Source: Thermoproteota archaeon (lineage in GTDB: Archaea > Thermoproteota > Thermoprotei_A > Sulfolobales > Acidilobaceae). Taken from it: a DNA stretch of 64,000 nucleotides. The notes under the pieces were generated by a model. The model worked only from the letters and a program-made list of their open reading frames with translations. It was not told where the DNA came from and ran no database searches. The stretch is from assembly GCA_030549835.1 (NCBI GenBank), contig JAUQQR010000001.1, positions 2,753 to 66,752 of the forward strand, given 5' to 3'. Positions within the stretch are counted from its first letter, which is position 1; each line of letters starts with the position of its first letter. A program made the translations under genes and the position numbers. This document shows positions 41,334-50,899 of the stretch, one piece after another.

Positions 41334-41377
41334 GTAACTTTTATAAGCTGAAATATACATTATAGTATTTTGGTTGT

Positions 41378-42352
41378 GTGGCTGTAGAGTGGATGCTAAT
41401 GGAGTCTAAATCTTCAACGGAAACACTATATAAGGTTATTGGAGCTATTTATGGTAATGTAAAAGATTTTACAGTCCTAGATTATCCTAGAAGTCCTTCT
41501 AGGAGGAGTATCGACGTGGGGTTAAAGCTTAAAGATGGGAGGCTTACTCTCCTGAAAGTTGTAGATGACTTAAACTACGTATCTAAGGCTGAGATTGAAG
41601 AGTTAAAGTCTATTGCTTCAGCTATGAATGCTGGAGCATTAATAGTTGCTAGTAGAGTTGGAGGTAAAGAGTTACTAGATGATATGGCTTATGAGAAACA
41701 TGGTATTAAAGTTATTACACCAGAAACTCTTAGAGGCCTAGTATCTGGGAAGGTAAGTATATATGTCTACCAGAGCGGGGAGACATTCAAGGTTAAGGTT
41801 AATAGTGAGATTTTAAGGAGGAAGAGGCTAAAACTAGGATTAAGTCTAGGTAATGTAGCACACGCTATTGGAGCATCTAGGAGAACAGTATATGAGTATG
41901 AGAGGGGAAGTATAGAGCCAGCCCTAGATAAGGCTCAGAAATTAGTAGAAATGTTCGGTGAAGACATACTAGTATCTATAGACGTATTTAAGAGAGTAAA
42001 GCATAGTGAGGCTATGAGAATTAAACCAGACTTAGACTGTGAGAATATAATATTAAAAACACTCTCACAGACAGGGTTCAGAGTAGCTCATGCTAAGAAA
42101 ACAACATTTGATATCGTAGGTAATAGAGGTGGAGTTAAAATATCACTAGTAATAAGGCATGGCAGAGAGAGTATAGATAGCATTATTAATAAGTATATTA
42201 ACTCAAAGAGGCTAAGTAGAGTAGCGGAAACTAAAAACTATACTGTAATTGATGATAATGATATATTAAGATTATTAAAAAAGGAAGACATAGAAGCATA
42301 TACTACAAGAGAGATAATAGATATTATAAAGAGAGAGTTAAAGGAATCTTAA
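41378..42352 (+). CDS. Conserved archaeal HTH transcriptional regulator (XRE-type HTH flanked by nuclease-like folds)
   Basis: RRSID, LLKV, central LRRKRLKLGLSLGNVAHAIGASRRTVYEYERG, FDI. Confidence 0.82.
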   Translation: MAVEWMLMESKSSTETLYKVIGAIYGNVKDFTVLDYPRSPSRRSIDVGLKLKDGRLTLLKVVDDLNYVSKAEIEELKSIASAMNAGALIVASRVGGKELLDDMAYEKHGIKVITPETLRGLVSGKVSIYVYQSGETFKVKVNSEILRRKRLKLGLSLGNVAHAIGASRRTVYEYERGSIEPALDKAQKLVEMFGEDILVSIDVFKRVKHSEAMRIKPDLDCENIILKTLSQTGFRVAHAKKTTFDIVGNRGGVKISLVIRHGRESIDSIINKYINSKRLSRVAETKNYTVIDDNDILRLLKKEDIEAYTTREIIDIIKRELKES

Positions 42353-42389
42353 ACCTCAAGCCTGTAATAACTCGACGAGATGAAGACTA

Positions 42390-42950
42390 TTGGCTAATAG
42401 TTACTTCATAACTGGAGCTCCTGGAGTAGGTAAGAGTACTATATTCATGGAGATAGTTAGAAATTTAAAAAATCTAGGGTGTATTGTAGGTGGAATATAT
42501 GCGCCTGAGGTTAGAGCTCGAGGACTAAGAGAAGGATTCCAGATAGTAGATATTGAGAATAATGCTAGAGGGTGGCTAGCTAGAGTAGGGGCTCCAGGGA
42601 GACTGAGAGTAGGTAAGTATACTGTCGTAGTTGATGATGTCTTAAAAGTTGGAGTCCCAGCTTTAGAGAAAGCTATTAAGAACGCGCACGTAATAGCTAT
42701 AGATGAGATAGGGCCAATGGAGCTATTAGTACCTCAACTTAAAGAATCTATTATTAAAGGATTAACATGTAGTAAGCCTATCGTGGCCGTAATTCATAGG
42801 AAATTATCTAGTATTAATCCAGAGATTTATGATATTATATTATCCCTGGGTCCTATTGTAGAGGTTACTATAGATAATAGATCTATATTATTAAGACAAG
42901 CTGGGAAGGTGGCTTTAAGTATTGCTAGGGAGGCTGGCTGTAGTAAGTGA
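42390..42950 (+). CDS. Nucleoside triphosphatase, THEP1 family
   Basis: ITGAPGVGKST, REGF, VGKY, IDEIGPMEL. Confidence 0.9.
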   Translation: MANSYFITGAPGVGKSTIFMEIVRNLKNLGCIVGGIYAPEVRARGLREGFQIVDIENNARGWLARVGAPGRLRVGKYTVVVDDVLKVGVPALEKAIKNAHVIAIDEIGPMELLVPQLKESIIKGLTCSKPIVAVIHRKLSSINPEIYDIILSLGPIVEVTIDNRSILLRQAGKVALSIAREAGCSK

Positions 42951-44106
42951 GGGTAAGATTATAGCATACATACCAGACCCGAAAAGTCTAGTTATATCTG
43001 GGAGACTTGAACCAGCATGGCTTCCAGTATTTTATAATCCAGCTATGGAGTTTAATAGAGATTTAAGTGTAATAATCTTATCAGTGTATATTGATAAGTA
43101 TGCTCCACATAAGCCAGTAAATATTGTTGAGCCTCTAGCAGCTACTGGTATAAGGTGTCTTAGGTATGCTGTTGAAGTTGAAGGTGTTAATAAAGTATAC
43201 TGTGGCGATATAGATGTTAAAGCATATAGACTCATAGAGGCTAATATAGGGTTAAATAATCTATGGGATAAAATAATACATACCCTATCAGAAGCTAATG
43301 CCTACATGTATAAGCTTAAGGCTATAGGTGTTCCTATCTTAGTAGTAGATATTGATCCCTACGGTTCACCAGCTCCATTTATTAATGCATCATTAAACCT
43401 CATAGGCAATATGGGGCTACTCATGGTTACAGCTACTGATACTGCTGTATTAGAAGGCTCTAAGAGACTTAAAGCTTTAAGGAGATATCAGATTAATACT
43501 TATAAGATACCACAGTCTAGAGAAGTAGCTGTTAGAGCATTAATAGGGTATATAGCTAGGGTAGCAGCTGGACACGATAAATGGATTAAACCCCTACTAT
43601 CAGCATATATAGATTACTATATTAGGATTTACCTATTAATAGGTAGGAGTGCTCGTAAAGCTCAGGAAATGCTAGATAAAGATATAGGATACGCGTACTA
43701 CTGTAAAGACCTAGCATATGTTACAACAGACCCCAACATCAACGATAATATTAAATGCCATAACAAGATAATGTTAGGCCCGCTCTGGACTGGAGATATT
43801 TTTGATGGAAACCTCCTTGAAGAAGTTACTAGTAGACTAGAATTATATAGTTACATTGGGACTTATAAGAGGATAGTAAGGCTCCTAGAGGTGTTGAGGG
43901 GAGAAGCTAAAATTCAGAGATATATACATCAAAGGCTAGATGCGATAGCTTCTACTTTAAAAACCAAAACACCACCTAGAGATAAGGCTATAGAGGCTTT
44001 GATTAGTAGAGGATTTAAAGCTACCCCTACTCATTTCACTCCTACAGGGCTTAGAACAGATGCCCCGCCTAATGTATTAATAGATACGCTTTTCCTTACT
44101 AGCTAG
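42922..44106 (+). CDS. trm1: tRNA (guanine26-N2)-dimethyltransferase
   Basis: VFYNPAMEFNRDLS, ATGIR..RY, DIDPYGSP, TATD, GPLWTG, THF..TDA. Confidence 0.93.
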   Translation: MLGRLAVVSEGKIIAYIPDPKSLVISGRLEPAWLPVFYNPAMEFNRDLSVIILSVYIDKYAPHKPVNIVEPLAATGIRCLRYAVEVEGVNKVYCGDIDVKAYRLIEANIGLNNLWDKIIHTLSEANAYMYKLKAIGVPILVVDIDPYGSPAPFINASLNLIGNMGLLMVTATDTAVLEGSKRLKALRRYQINTYKIPQSREVAVRALIGYIARVAAGHDKWIKPLLSAYIDYYIRIYLLIGRSARKAQEMLDKDIGYAYYCKDLAYVTTDPNINDNIKCHNKIMLGPLWTGDIFDGNLLEEVTSRLELYSYIGTYKRIVRLLEVLRGEAKIQRYIHQRLDAIASTLKTKTPPRDKAIEALISRGFKATPTHFTPTGLRTDAPPNVLIDTLFLTS

Positions 44107-44478
44107 CATCTTATCTATCCATGAATCTAATAATATACATGTCATAGGCTCATAGAATCCGCCAAGCTCGCATTGATCTATATAGGGGCATACAGTACAT
44201 GGTATTCCAAGTATACTCTCTATGTTAACATGTAGTACTGGATCTCTACTATTACTTTCAACTATATATAATTTAAATGTTTTACGACCATTAACTAGAA
44301 CCTTCTCCCTCCTTATGAGACCCTTCTTTAAAAGTCTCTGAACAAGACGTGATCCTTCTCTACTATCTAACTCTAGCTTTTTCCAAAGCTCACTTTGATA
44401 CATTACTCCACCATTACTTTTAATTAGACCCAAAGCTTTACTCTCATATGACTCTAGCTGTTTTACCAAGCTTAACAC
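44077..44478 (-). CDS. Winged-helix plus Fe-S protein, TFE-beta / RPC34-like
   Basis: YQSELWK.L.LDSREGSR wHTH and C-terminal CTVC..C..C cluster. Confidence 0.75.
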   Translation of the reverse strand: MLSLVKQLESYESKALGLIKSNGGVMYQSELWKKLELDSREGSRLVQRLLKKGLIRREKVLVNGRKTFKLYIVESNSRDPVLHVNIESILGIPCTVCPYIDQCELGGFYEPMTCILLDSWIDKMLASKEKRIY

Positions 44479-44658
44479 CTTATAAATACCCTACCTTTAA
44501 TAAATGTATACGGCAGAGTTTAAATAAAGTATCAATTATAGCCTTAAATAATCATTGTTAAAACTCTGTGCTTTAATACATCTCTAATAAATTGCTAGTA
44601 ATCACTCTACTGCCGAATGCAACGTTTCCGGACTCTATAGCTATTTATATTAGCTGAT

Positions 44659-44936
44659 GCCTAATGTAGCTGTCTCGAGTTTTATAGTTATTCATACTAG
44701 TTTATATCATTCTCCTGCTATAGAGGAAATCTCGTAAACTACCCCTACTATCCCTAATGCTGAGGGCCACCTGGTGAGAGAGTAGAGAGCTTATAAATGA
44801 AAGCCCTCCCCAAAGGGTAGCATTACTCAAAATGTGGAGTGTCCAGAGGCCACCCTAAAAGCCTCCAGAGGGTGATGCAAATCCAAGGCCAACGCAGGAG
44901 AATAAGAGATGAGGCGATGATATCAAAGCTGAATCC
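44659..44936 (+). mobile_element. Family-A non-coding mini-element (left arm of the inverted pair)
   Basis: Collinear inverted homology to 45262..45550, including a 29/29 block (44659-44687) and a 43/44 block (44755-44798); internal TTATAAAT. Confidence 0.8.
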
Positions 44937-45191
44937 TTAGCTCTTCTTCTTAGCTTCACTAGCATGCTTCTTGAATATGGTGCTCCACATTGTAGGCTCG
45001 ATATCCATAACCCATAGGGGGATCTTCTTGACTAGCTCGTAAGCCTCCTCCCAGCCCTCTAAGCTTAGGGATGCTGCTAGCTGTTCTAGTGTCATCTCAG
45101 TCCTCTTATACTTTCTTAGTATCTTCAGTGTTTCCTCGTTGATCTCAATATCTTTATCCCCAACTCTGATAACTAACCTATCTTCACTCAA
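44937..45191 (-). CDS. Small hypothetical protein, HTH-like (MTLEQLAASLSLEGWEEAY)
   Basis: 84-aa ORF with GGTG RBS-like and TTTATAAG TATA-like (45234-45241) upstream; resembles a crenarchaeal conserved protein (from memory). Confidence 0.75.
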   Translation of the reverse strand: MSEDRLVIRVGDKDIEINEETLKILRKYKRTEMTLEQLAASLSLEGWEEAYELVKKIPLWVMDIEPTMWSTIFKKHASEAKKKS

Positions 45192-45261
45192 TACTCTATA
45201 ACACCCGGTATAATAGCATAGTAGCCTAGAAGCCTTATAAATAGGTGTTATGGGCTGCGTG

Positions 45262-45550
45262 GGATTCAGCTCTTATATAGATTTATATCGGGTGATTTCA
45301 TAGCCTCATCCCTTGTTCTCCTGCATCCCGCTCGGGTTTTCATCGGGCTTAAGGGCGTTCAGGTGACCCCTAGGCACACCACATTTTAAGTATTCATAGA
45401 GAGCCACCCTAGGGGAGGGCTTCTATTTATAAGCTCTCTACTCTCTCATCAGGTGGCCCTCAGCATTAAGAATAGGTAGATATGGATTATAATCTTCAAT
45501 GATATAAACTAATATAAACATCTATAAAACTCGAGACAGCTACATTAGGC
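45262..45550 (-). mobile_element. Family-A non-coding mini-element (right arm of the inverted pair)
   Basis: Reverse-complement homology to 44659..44936; contains a broken reading remnant resembling an archaeal tnpB 3' end (KMW..GSPERP..PDENPSGM). Confidence 0.8.
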
Positions 45551-45606
45551 TTGGCTGTAATTCAGCAAGTATTCTTATAGGGTTTAAGCTAGTAGATGCT
45601 TAATAG

Positions 45607-45837
45607 GTGTATGGTTTGCCTCTAGAGATTACTAGTTTAGATAGATTCATTGAGATAGCTAAGAGGGCTGAGGAGTGTAGGGTTAAGAGGGTGAGGAAGA
45701 GTAATATTGTTAAGATTAAAGCTAGGACTAAGAGATACCTATACACATTTAAGACTACAGAAGATAAACTCCAGGAGGTTCTAGGTAAAATCTCGTGTAA
45801 GCAGGTTATTGATGTTGATAAGCAGAGTAAGAGCTAG
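45607..45837 (+). CDS. rpl38e: 50S ribosomal protein L38e
   Basis: P.EI...F...AKRA..CRVK....VKIKARTKRYLYT; true start probably TTG 45616. Confidence 0.88.
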   Translation: MYGLPLEITSLDRFIEIAKRAEECRVKRVRKSNIVKIKARTKRYLYTFKTTEDKLQEVLGKISCKQVIDVDKQSKS

Positions 45838-47099
45838 AAGCTTATAGATTCTCCTACACCTGGATTTAGGACTTCAAATCCAAATTCCTCGGTTATCTTA
45901 GATGCTAGGATACTCTGAGCCTTCGGCACACCATGTACTAGTATTACTTTCTCGATATTCTTCATGTTTTTAAGGAGCTCAAGTATACCCCTCTGGTCTA
46001 TATGACTTGAGAAATCAAACCACTCTACTCTAGCCCTAATAGGTATCTCTTCCTGGAGTGCAAACCCCGTCTCTAGTATCTGTCTACCAGGAGTCCCCCT
46101 ACCCTGAAAGCTTACTAGGAATAATGCGTTTCTAGGGTTATCAGCTATTTTCCTTAAATAGTATAGGCTAGGTCCACCCTTAAGCATACCTGAGCTTGCA
46201 ATTATAACCCCAGATTCCTTATAAGCCATCTTCCTGTCATGCCACCCTCTAACTATGTTAAACTCTCTCATAGCCTTAACTAGTAAGCCATACATTCTAA
46301 TATAGCCTGGGTTTTGTAAGTAGAGCTCAGCAACATCCCTAATCATTCCATCAACCCATATAGGCCACCCTGGATCTCTCTCTGCTAGAATACATAGGAT
46401 CTCCTGCCCTCTACTCACACTAAAAGCTGGAATTAAGACTACTCCGTTACCCTCAACAACTTCCCTAATAGACTCATAGAATCTACTCTCAGTCTCCACT
46501 CTCGGGGGGTGATTTGTTGATCCATATGTAGACTCTATAATGACAATATTAGCCTCTAGGTCTCTAAGCTCAGCAGGCCTCATAAGCTTAGTCTCCATAA
46601 CGTTAACATCACTAGTATATAGTATAGTCTTATCTCTAGCCTCAATGAGAACACTAGCACTACCAGGAATATGGCCTGAGGGTAAGAGCTTAAACTTAAA
46701 ATCGCTAACCTCAACAATCTCTCCATAGTTTAAATGAGTACCTCTAGCAATCATCTCAGCTACAATACTCTCATCGAAGGGCAGGTTAGGCCCGCTAAGC
46801 TTAATCATATCATAGAGGAGTAGCCTTGAAACATCTAGGGTTAGGGATGTAGCATATAGGGGAGGCCCACTACTAATATAGAGCATAGGAGCCGCCCCCA
46901 CATGGTCTAGGTGGCTATGAGTTAAAATAAGCGCAGACAAATCCCTAGGCCTAACATGCTCTGGAAATATAGGATTATCTCTCTCATCAAAATTAACACC
47001 ATAATCTAAGAGTATAGAACCACCACTACTTTCAACTAGGATAGCAGCCCTACCAACCTCCCTCCCACTACCAAGTACCCTAATATTACCGCTACTCAT
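45834..47099 (-). CDS. MBL-fold beta-CASP ribonuclease (aCPSF2-like)
   Basis: GSGREVGR, THSHLDH, GHIPGS, ESTYG, SSGML.GG, FSSH, LVHG. Confidence 0.9.
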   Translation of the reverse strand: MSSGNIRVLGSGREVGRAAILVESSGGSILLDYGVNFDERDNPIFPEHVRPRDLSALILTHSHLDHVGAAPMLYISSGPPLYATSLTLDVSRLLLYDMIKLSGPNLPFDESIVAEMIARGTHLNYGEIVEVSDFKFKLLPSGHIPGSASVLIEARDKTILYTSDVNVMETKLMRPAELRDLEANIVIIESTYGSTNHPPRVETESRFYESIREVVEGNGVVLIPAFSVSRGQEILCILAERDPGWPIWVDGMIRDVAELYLQNPGYIRMYGLLVKAMREFNIVRGWHDRKMAYKESGVIIASSGMLKGGPSLYYLRKIADNPRNALFLVSFQGRGTPGRQILETGFALQEEIPIRARVEWFDFSSHIDQRGILELLKNMKNIEKVILVHGVPKAQSILASKITEEFGFEVLNPGVGESISF

Positions 47100-47133
47100 G
47101 CTATTTCACAATTAATAAATGAAATTAAGCCTA

Positions 47134-47700
47134 TTAAGTACCACTAAGAGATTTAGAGAGGAGGATTAAGCCATACGCTACTATTAGTGTTAATAGATCT
47201 AAGTCTATATCTCTAAACTCTCTGATAACACCTAGTGTGTGTTTACACCTAGTACATACCCTATAAGTAACCTCTCCTATAATGTATAGGTTAAATAATT
47301 TTTTATCACTATTACCACATACTGGGCATACATATTGATCGAGTGTATAGGAGTATCCGCAGAGGCATCTAAGCTCAATAACATCTCTAGAGAATACCTC
47401 GCCCCTCTCCCTCTTAAATAAACCAAGTATCGGATATAAGCCACATATAGGACATCTGCCTGATAAGTGCCTTAAATCTAAGTGTTTATCCCTCAAACTC
47501 TCAAGAGAACTCTCCTAGCTATAAAGCTTACTATTGATTGAGCTTCTTGAATGTCTATACTCCTAATAGCATCTAAGCGTATATCGCCAAAGTCTATGCC
47601 TCTACTCTTAGCTTGGGCTTTAATGGACTCAACTATATCCCTAAGAGTATTCTCCAATACTAAATATTATAGGTTGAGCTTCACTCCTCAACTCTACCTT
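47134..47700 (-). pseudogene. fdhE: Frameshifted, 5'-truncated FdhE-like formate dehydrogenase accessory protein
   Basis: CPICG..P, C.C, CPVCGN, CTRC in 47134..47496; upstream helical part (VLENTLRD...FIARRVL) lies in another frame, shifting near 47503; 5' boundary approximate. Confidence 0.6.
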
Positions 47701-48411
47701 GACTCTAGTAGACTCCACTATAGCTATTGATGAGAGACTAGACTTATACACTAATGGCAAATTATATACTATGCTTGTTTTAACCTCAGCTCATATTGAG
47801 GAAACAGTATTAGGTGTTCTTATAGGTGATGGTCTAGTATCATCATTATCTGATATTGAGAAAATTGATTTTGACTTAGAGAGTAGAATTACTCAGGTAT
47901 ATTTAAAGGTAAATATTGAACCTAAGAGGTTATTTGTAGAAGATTAGCAGCTAAAGGATTAATAGTGAATTCTAATCTCAAAGTCTCTTGGAAGACTATA
48001 GTCGATATTTTCCTAGATTTTAATAGGAGAACAATCTCTATTACTAAAGGTTTAGCTATGCACACATCAGGCATATATGATTTAGTAAATAGGAGAGCTA
48101 TCATAGCTCATGATGTTAGTAGGCACACTTCTATAGCTAAGCTAGTAGGCCTAGCAGTAACTCATAATATAGCTACTGAAAACTCAATAGTAATCACAAC
48201 TGGGAGAGCATCATCAGATATGGTTATTAGGAGTGCAAATATTAAAGTGCCAATAGTTATATCAACTAGAGGTCCACTCTATAGTGGTTTAACAGCAGCG
48301 TCAATGCTAAGAGTTACACTAATATCATATATTAGGAGAGGAGATGCTATTAGAGGGCTTAGAGTACTTACATACCCAGAGAGAATTATAGATTATTCAA
48401 AGAATTCCTAA
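47699..48411 (+). pseudogene. fdhD: Frameshifted FdhD sulfurtransferase
   Basis: N-part IAIDERL..NG..EE.VLG.L..DG; C-part MHTS, DVSRH....KL.G, TTGRASSDMV; frames differ across 47944-47947. Confidence 0.8.
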
Positions 48412-48457
48412 TAGATTTTAAAGTTTTATATACTCCGGTTATAATATAATCTTAGGG

Positions 48458-48529
48458 GCCGCCGTAGCTCAGCGGGAGAGCGCCCGGCTGAAGACCGGGT
48501 GGTCGGGGGTTCGAATCCCCCCGGCGGCA
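48458..48529 (+). tRNA. tRNA-Phe(GAA)
   Basis: Acceptor GCCGCCG/CGGCGGC; anticodon arm CCCGG-CT-GAA-GA-CCGGG; GTTCGAATC; no intron; CCA not encoded. Confidence 0.95.
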
Positions 48530-48687
48530 TTTTGCTTCTTGGCGTGTTTGCTTCTATTTATCTGCGTTTGTATATGTTGGGTTTCCGTTGTTAGTTATCT
48601 CTTTTAGTCTTTTGTCTAGTTTTTGTTTCATTTTTTGCCTAAAAGCTTAAATAGGAGTAGCTTTAGTATAGTTTTAGGTGTTTTGTT

Positions 48688-49758
48688 TTGTGTGCTGCTA
48701 GACCTGAGAGTAGTGTTGGTATTCGTGGTTGGGGTGTTTATATTCCTAGGTTTAGGATTTCTATGGTTGAAATTGCTAGGGAGTGGGGTTGGAGTGATTA
48801 TCAGTGGAAGGCTCTTGGTATGGTTGAGAGGTCTGTTGCTGGGCCTGATGAAGACTCTACGACTATGGGTGTTGAGGCTTCTATTAATGCTCTGAAGAGA
48901 GCTAATATTAACCCGAGCGATATTGGTGCTGTGTTTTTTGGCTCAGAGTCTAAGCCTTATGCTGTCAAGCCTAGTGCTACTATTATAGCTGAAGTGTTGG
49001 GTATAACGCCTTTAACTATGGCTAGTGATTTGGAGTTTGCTTGTAGAGCTGCTAGTGAGGGGTTGAGAGCATCTATTGGTCTCATAGCCTCAGGTATGGT
49101 TAAGTATGCTCTAGTAGTTGGTAGTGATACTTCTCAGGCTAATCCAGGCGATGTCTTAGAGTTTACAGCTTCTAGCGGGGCGGCAACACTCATATTAGGA
49201 GGTAGTAGTGGGTCAGCAGCATATTTTGAGGGTAGTTTCTCATATATTACAGATACCCCAGACTTCTGGAGACGTGAGGGATCCCCCTACCCTAGGCATG
49301 GTGAGGGTTTTACGGGTGAGCCGGCGTACTTTAAGCATATAGTAGAGGCTGTAAGGGGGTTAATGGATTCTCTAGGCTTAAAGCCATCAGACTTCAACTA
49401 TGCTGTATTCCATCAGCCTAATGGTAGGTTCCCATTAAAGGTTGGGGAAATGCTTGGATTCAAAGCTGAGCAGATTAAGCTAGGCCTAGTTACTCCAATA
49501 ATAGGCAATACCTATAATGGCAGTGCTCTCATAGGCTTAGCTAGAGTACTAGACTATGCTAAGCCAGGAGAGAGGATACTAGTAGCACCCTTTGGTAGTG
49601 GTGCAGGGAGCGATGCTTATAGCTTAATAGTCACAGATAGTATTGATGAGAGTAGAGAGAGGGCTCCAACAGTAGACTATTATATTAAGAATAAAGTTAT
49701 GATAACCTACTCTCAGTACTCTAAGTTTAGGAGGCTACTGAGAGTTATTAGAGAATAG
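48688..49758 (+). CDS. mvaS: Hydroxymethylglutaryl-CoA synthase
   Basis: DEDSTT, GSESKPYAVKP, EFAC catalytic Cys, HQPN, GNTY, FGSGAG. Confidence 0.93.
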   Translation: MCAARPESSVGIRGWGVYIPRFRISMVEIAREWGWSDYQWKALGMVERSVAGPDEDSTTMGVEASINALKRANINPSDIGAVFFGSESKPYAVKPSATIIAEVLGITPLTMASDLEFACRAASEGLRASIGLIASGMVKYALVVGSDTSQANPGDVLEFTASSGAATLILGGSSGSAAYFEGSFSYITDTPDFWRREGSPYPRHGEGFTGEPAYFKHIVEAVRGLMDSLGLKPSDFNYAVFHQPNGRFPLKVGEMLGFKAEQIKLGLVTPIIGNTYNGSALIGLARVLDYAKPGERILVAPFGSGAGSDAYSLIVTDSIDESRERAPTVDYYIKNKVMITYSQYSKFRRLLRVIRE

Positions 49759-49768
49759 GTGGCGTAGC

Positions 49769-50899
49769 ATGGCTTACATAACAGGGGCATCCATGATTAA
49801 TATTGATAGGCACTATGATAAGAGTATTAGGAGGCTAGCATCTGATGCTGTATTTAAGCTAGACAGTAGTAGTGTAGAGAACGTAGACTATGTCATTGTA
49901 GCATCTAGTATATCCTACCTTCAGGAGCCACAGCTAGACTTAGCCTCATATATAGCGTCAGCGTTAGGATTAAGGAATGCTAGGGCTTTTAACGTTGAAG
50001 CCGGGGAGGTTTCTGGTGCTACGGCAGTACTAATGGCTAAATCTCTGGTTGATAGCAGGTTAGCATCTAAAGTCTTAGTTGTTGGTGTTGATAAACTATC
50101 GAATTATCCGTCAGCAGTAACATATAAGCATATATCCCTGCTTAATGACTCTGAGAGTGAATCTCTCTATAGTATAGGTTTAGGTGGTATAGCTGGCATA
50201 CTTATGAGGCTATACATGGAGACTTATAAGGTTGACAGGTTAACATTAGCATACTGGCCTGCACTTATGCACTCTAATGCTAAGCTTAACCCATACGCTA
50301 TGTTACGCTTCACAATAACACCTGAGAAGGTCTTAGACGCTATGCCTATAGCAGATCCTATAACTCTACTAGATACATTCCCTATAGGTGATGGTGCTGC
50401 AGCTCTAGTAGTAGAGTCTAAACCTAGAGATGCTCTAGCAGAGATTGTAGCTGTAGAGTCTGCAGTAGGGTACCCTAGTATAACTTTAAGCCCAGATCCT
50501 CTAAGAATAGATTCTCTAGAGTTAGCCTACAGTAGGTTAACTGAGAAGCTCGACTTAAAGAGGATTGATGTTATTGAGCTCCACGACTCATACACTATAT
50601 CAGCTATACTCCAGCTAGAGTCATTAAGACTAGCAGAGAGGGGTAAAGCTGCTGAAGCTGTAGCAAATGGATACTTTACAGTAAATGGAGACGGTCCAGT
50701 TGTTAATCCTAGTGGTGGCTTAAAAGCTAGAGGTCACCCTATAGGAGCTACTAGTGTATACCAGGTTGCTGAGGTAGCATCACAGATAGCTGGTATATTT
50801 CCTGGATTGAAAGTTCCGGATGCTAAGAGTGGACTTGTAGTATCAGTTAATGGTTTTGGCTCAAACTCCTACGTAGTATACCTTAGAGGTGTAGAGTAG
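49769..50899 (+). CDS. Thiolase-family protein (acetoacetyl-CoA thiolase position)
   Basis: GDGAAA, IELHD, NPSGGLKARGHPIGAT; lies between HMGCS and DUF35. Confidence 0.88.
   Translation: MAYITGASMINIDRHYDKSIRRLASDAVFKLDSSSVENVDYVIVASSISYLQEPQLDLASYIASALGLRNARAFNVEAGEVSGATAVLMAKSLVDSRLASKVLVVGVDKLSNYPSAVTYKHISLLNDSESESLYSIGLGGIAGILMRLYMETYKVDRLTLAYWPALMHSNAKLNPYAMLRFTITPEKVLDAMPIADPITLLDTFPIGDGAAALVVESKPRDALAEIVAVESAVGYPSITLSPDPLRIDSLELAYSRLTEKLDLKRIDVIELHDSYTISAILQLESLRLAERGKAAEAVANGYFTVNGDGPVVNPSGGLKARGHPIGATSVYQVAEVASQIAGIFPGLKVPDAKSGLVVSVNGFGSNSYVVYLRGVE

Noticed and set aside
44870..44936. Possible C/D-box sRNA (GTGATGC ... CTGA)
   Set aside because: Boxes are imperfect and lie inside the family-A element; no rRNA or tRNA complementarity was evident. 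A K-turn cannot be excluded.
47945..47947. TAG read-through (pyrrolysine-like) in fdhD
   Set aside because: The downstream half is in a different frame, so read-through would not restore the protein.
4097..48529. Integrated virus or plasmid at one of the tRNA genes
   Set aside because: No duplicated tRNA 3' half (att site) and no integrase seen; flanking genes are housekeeping.
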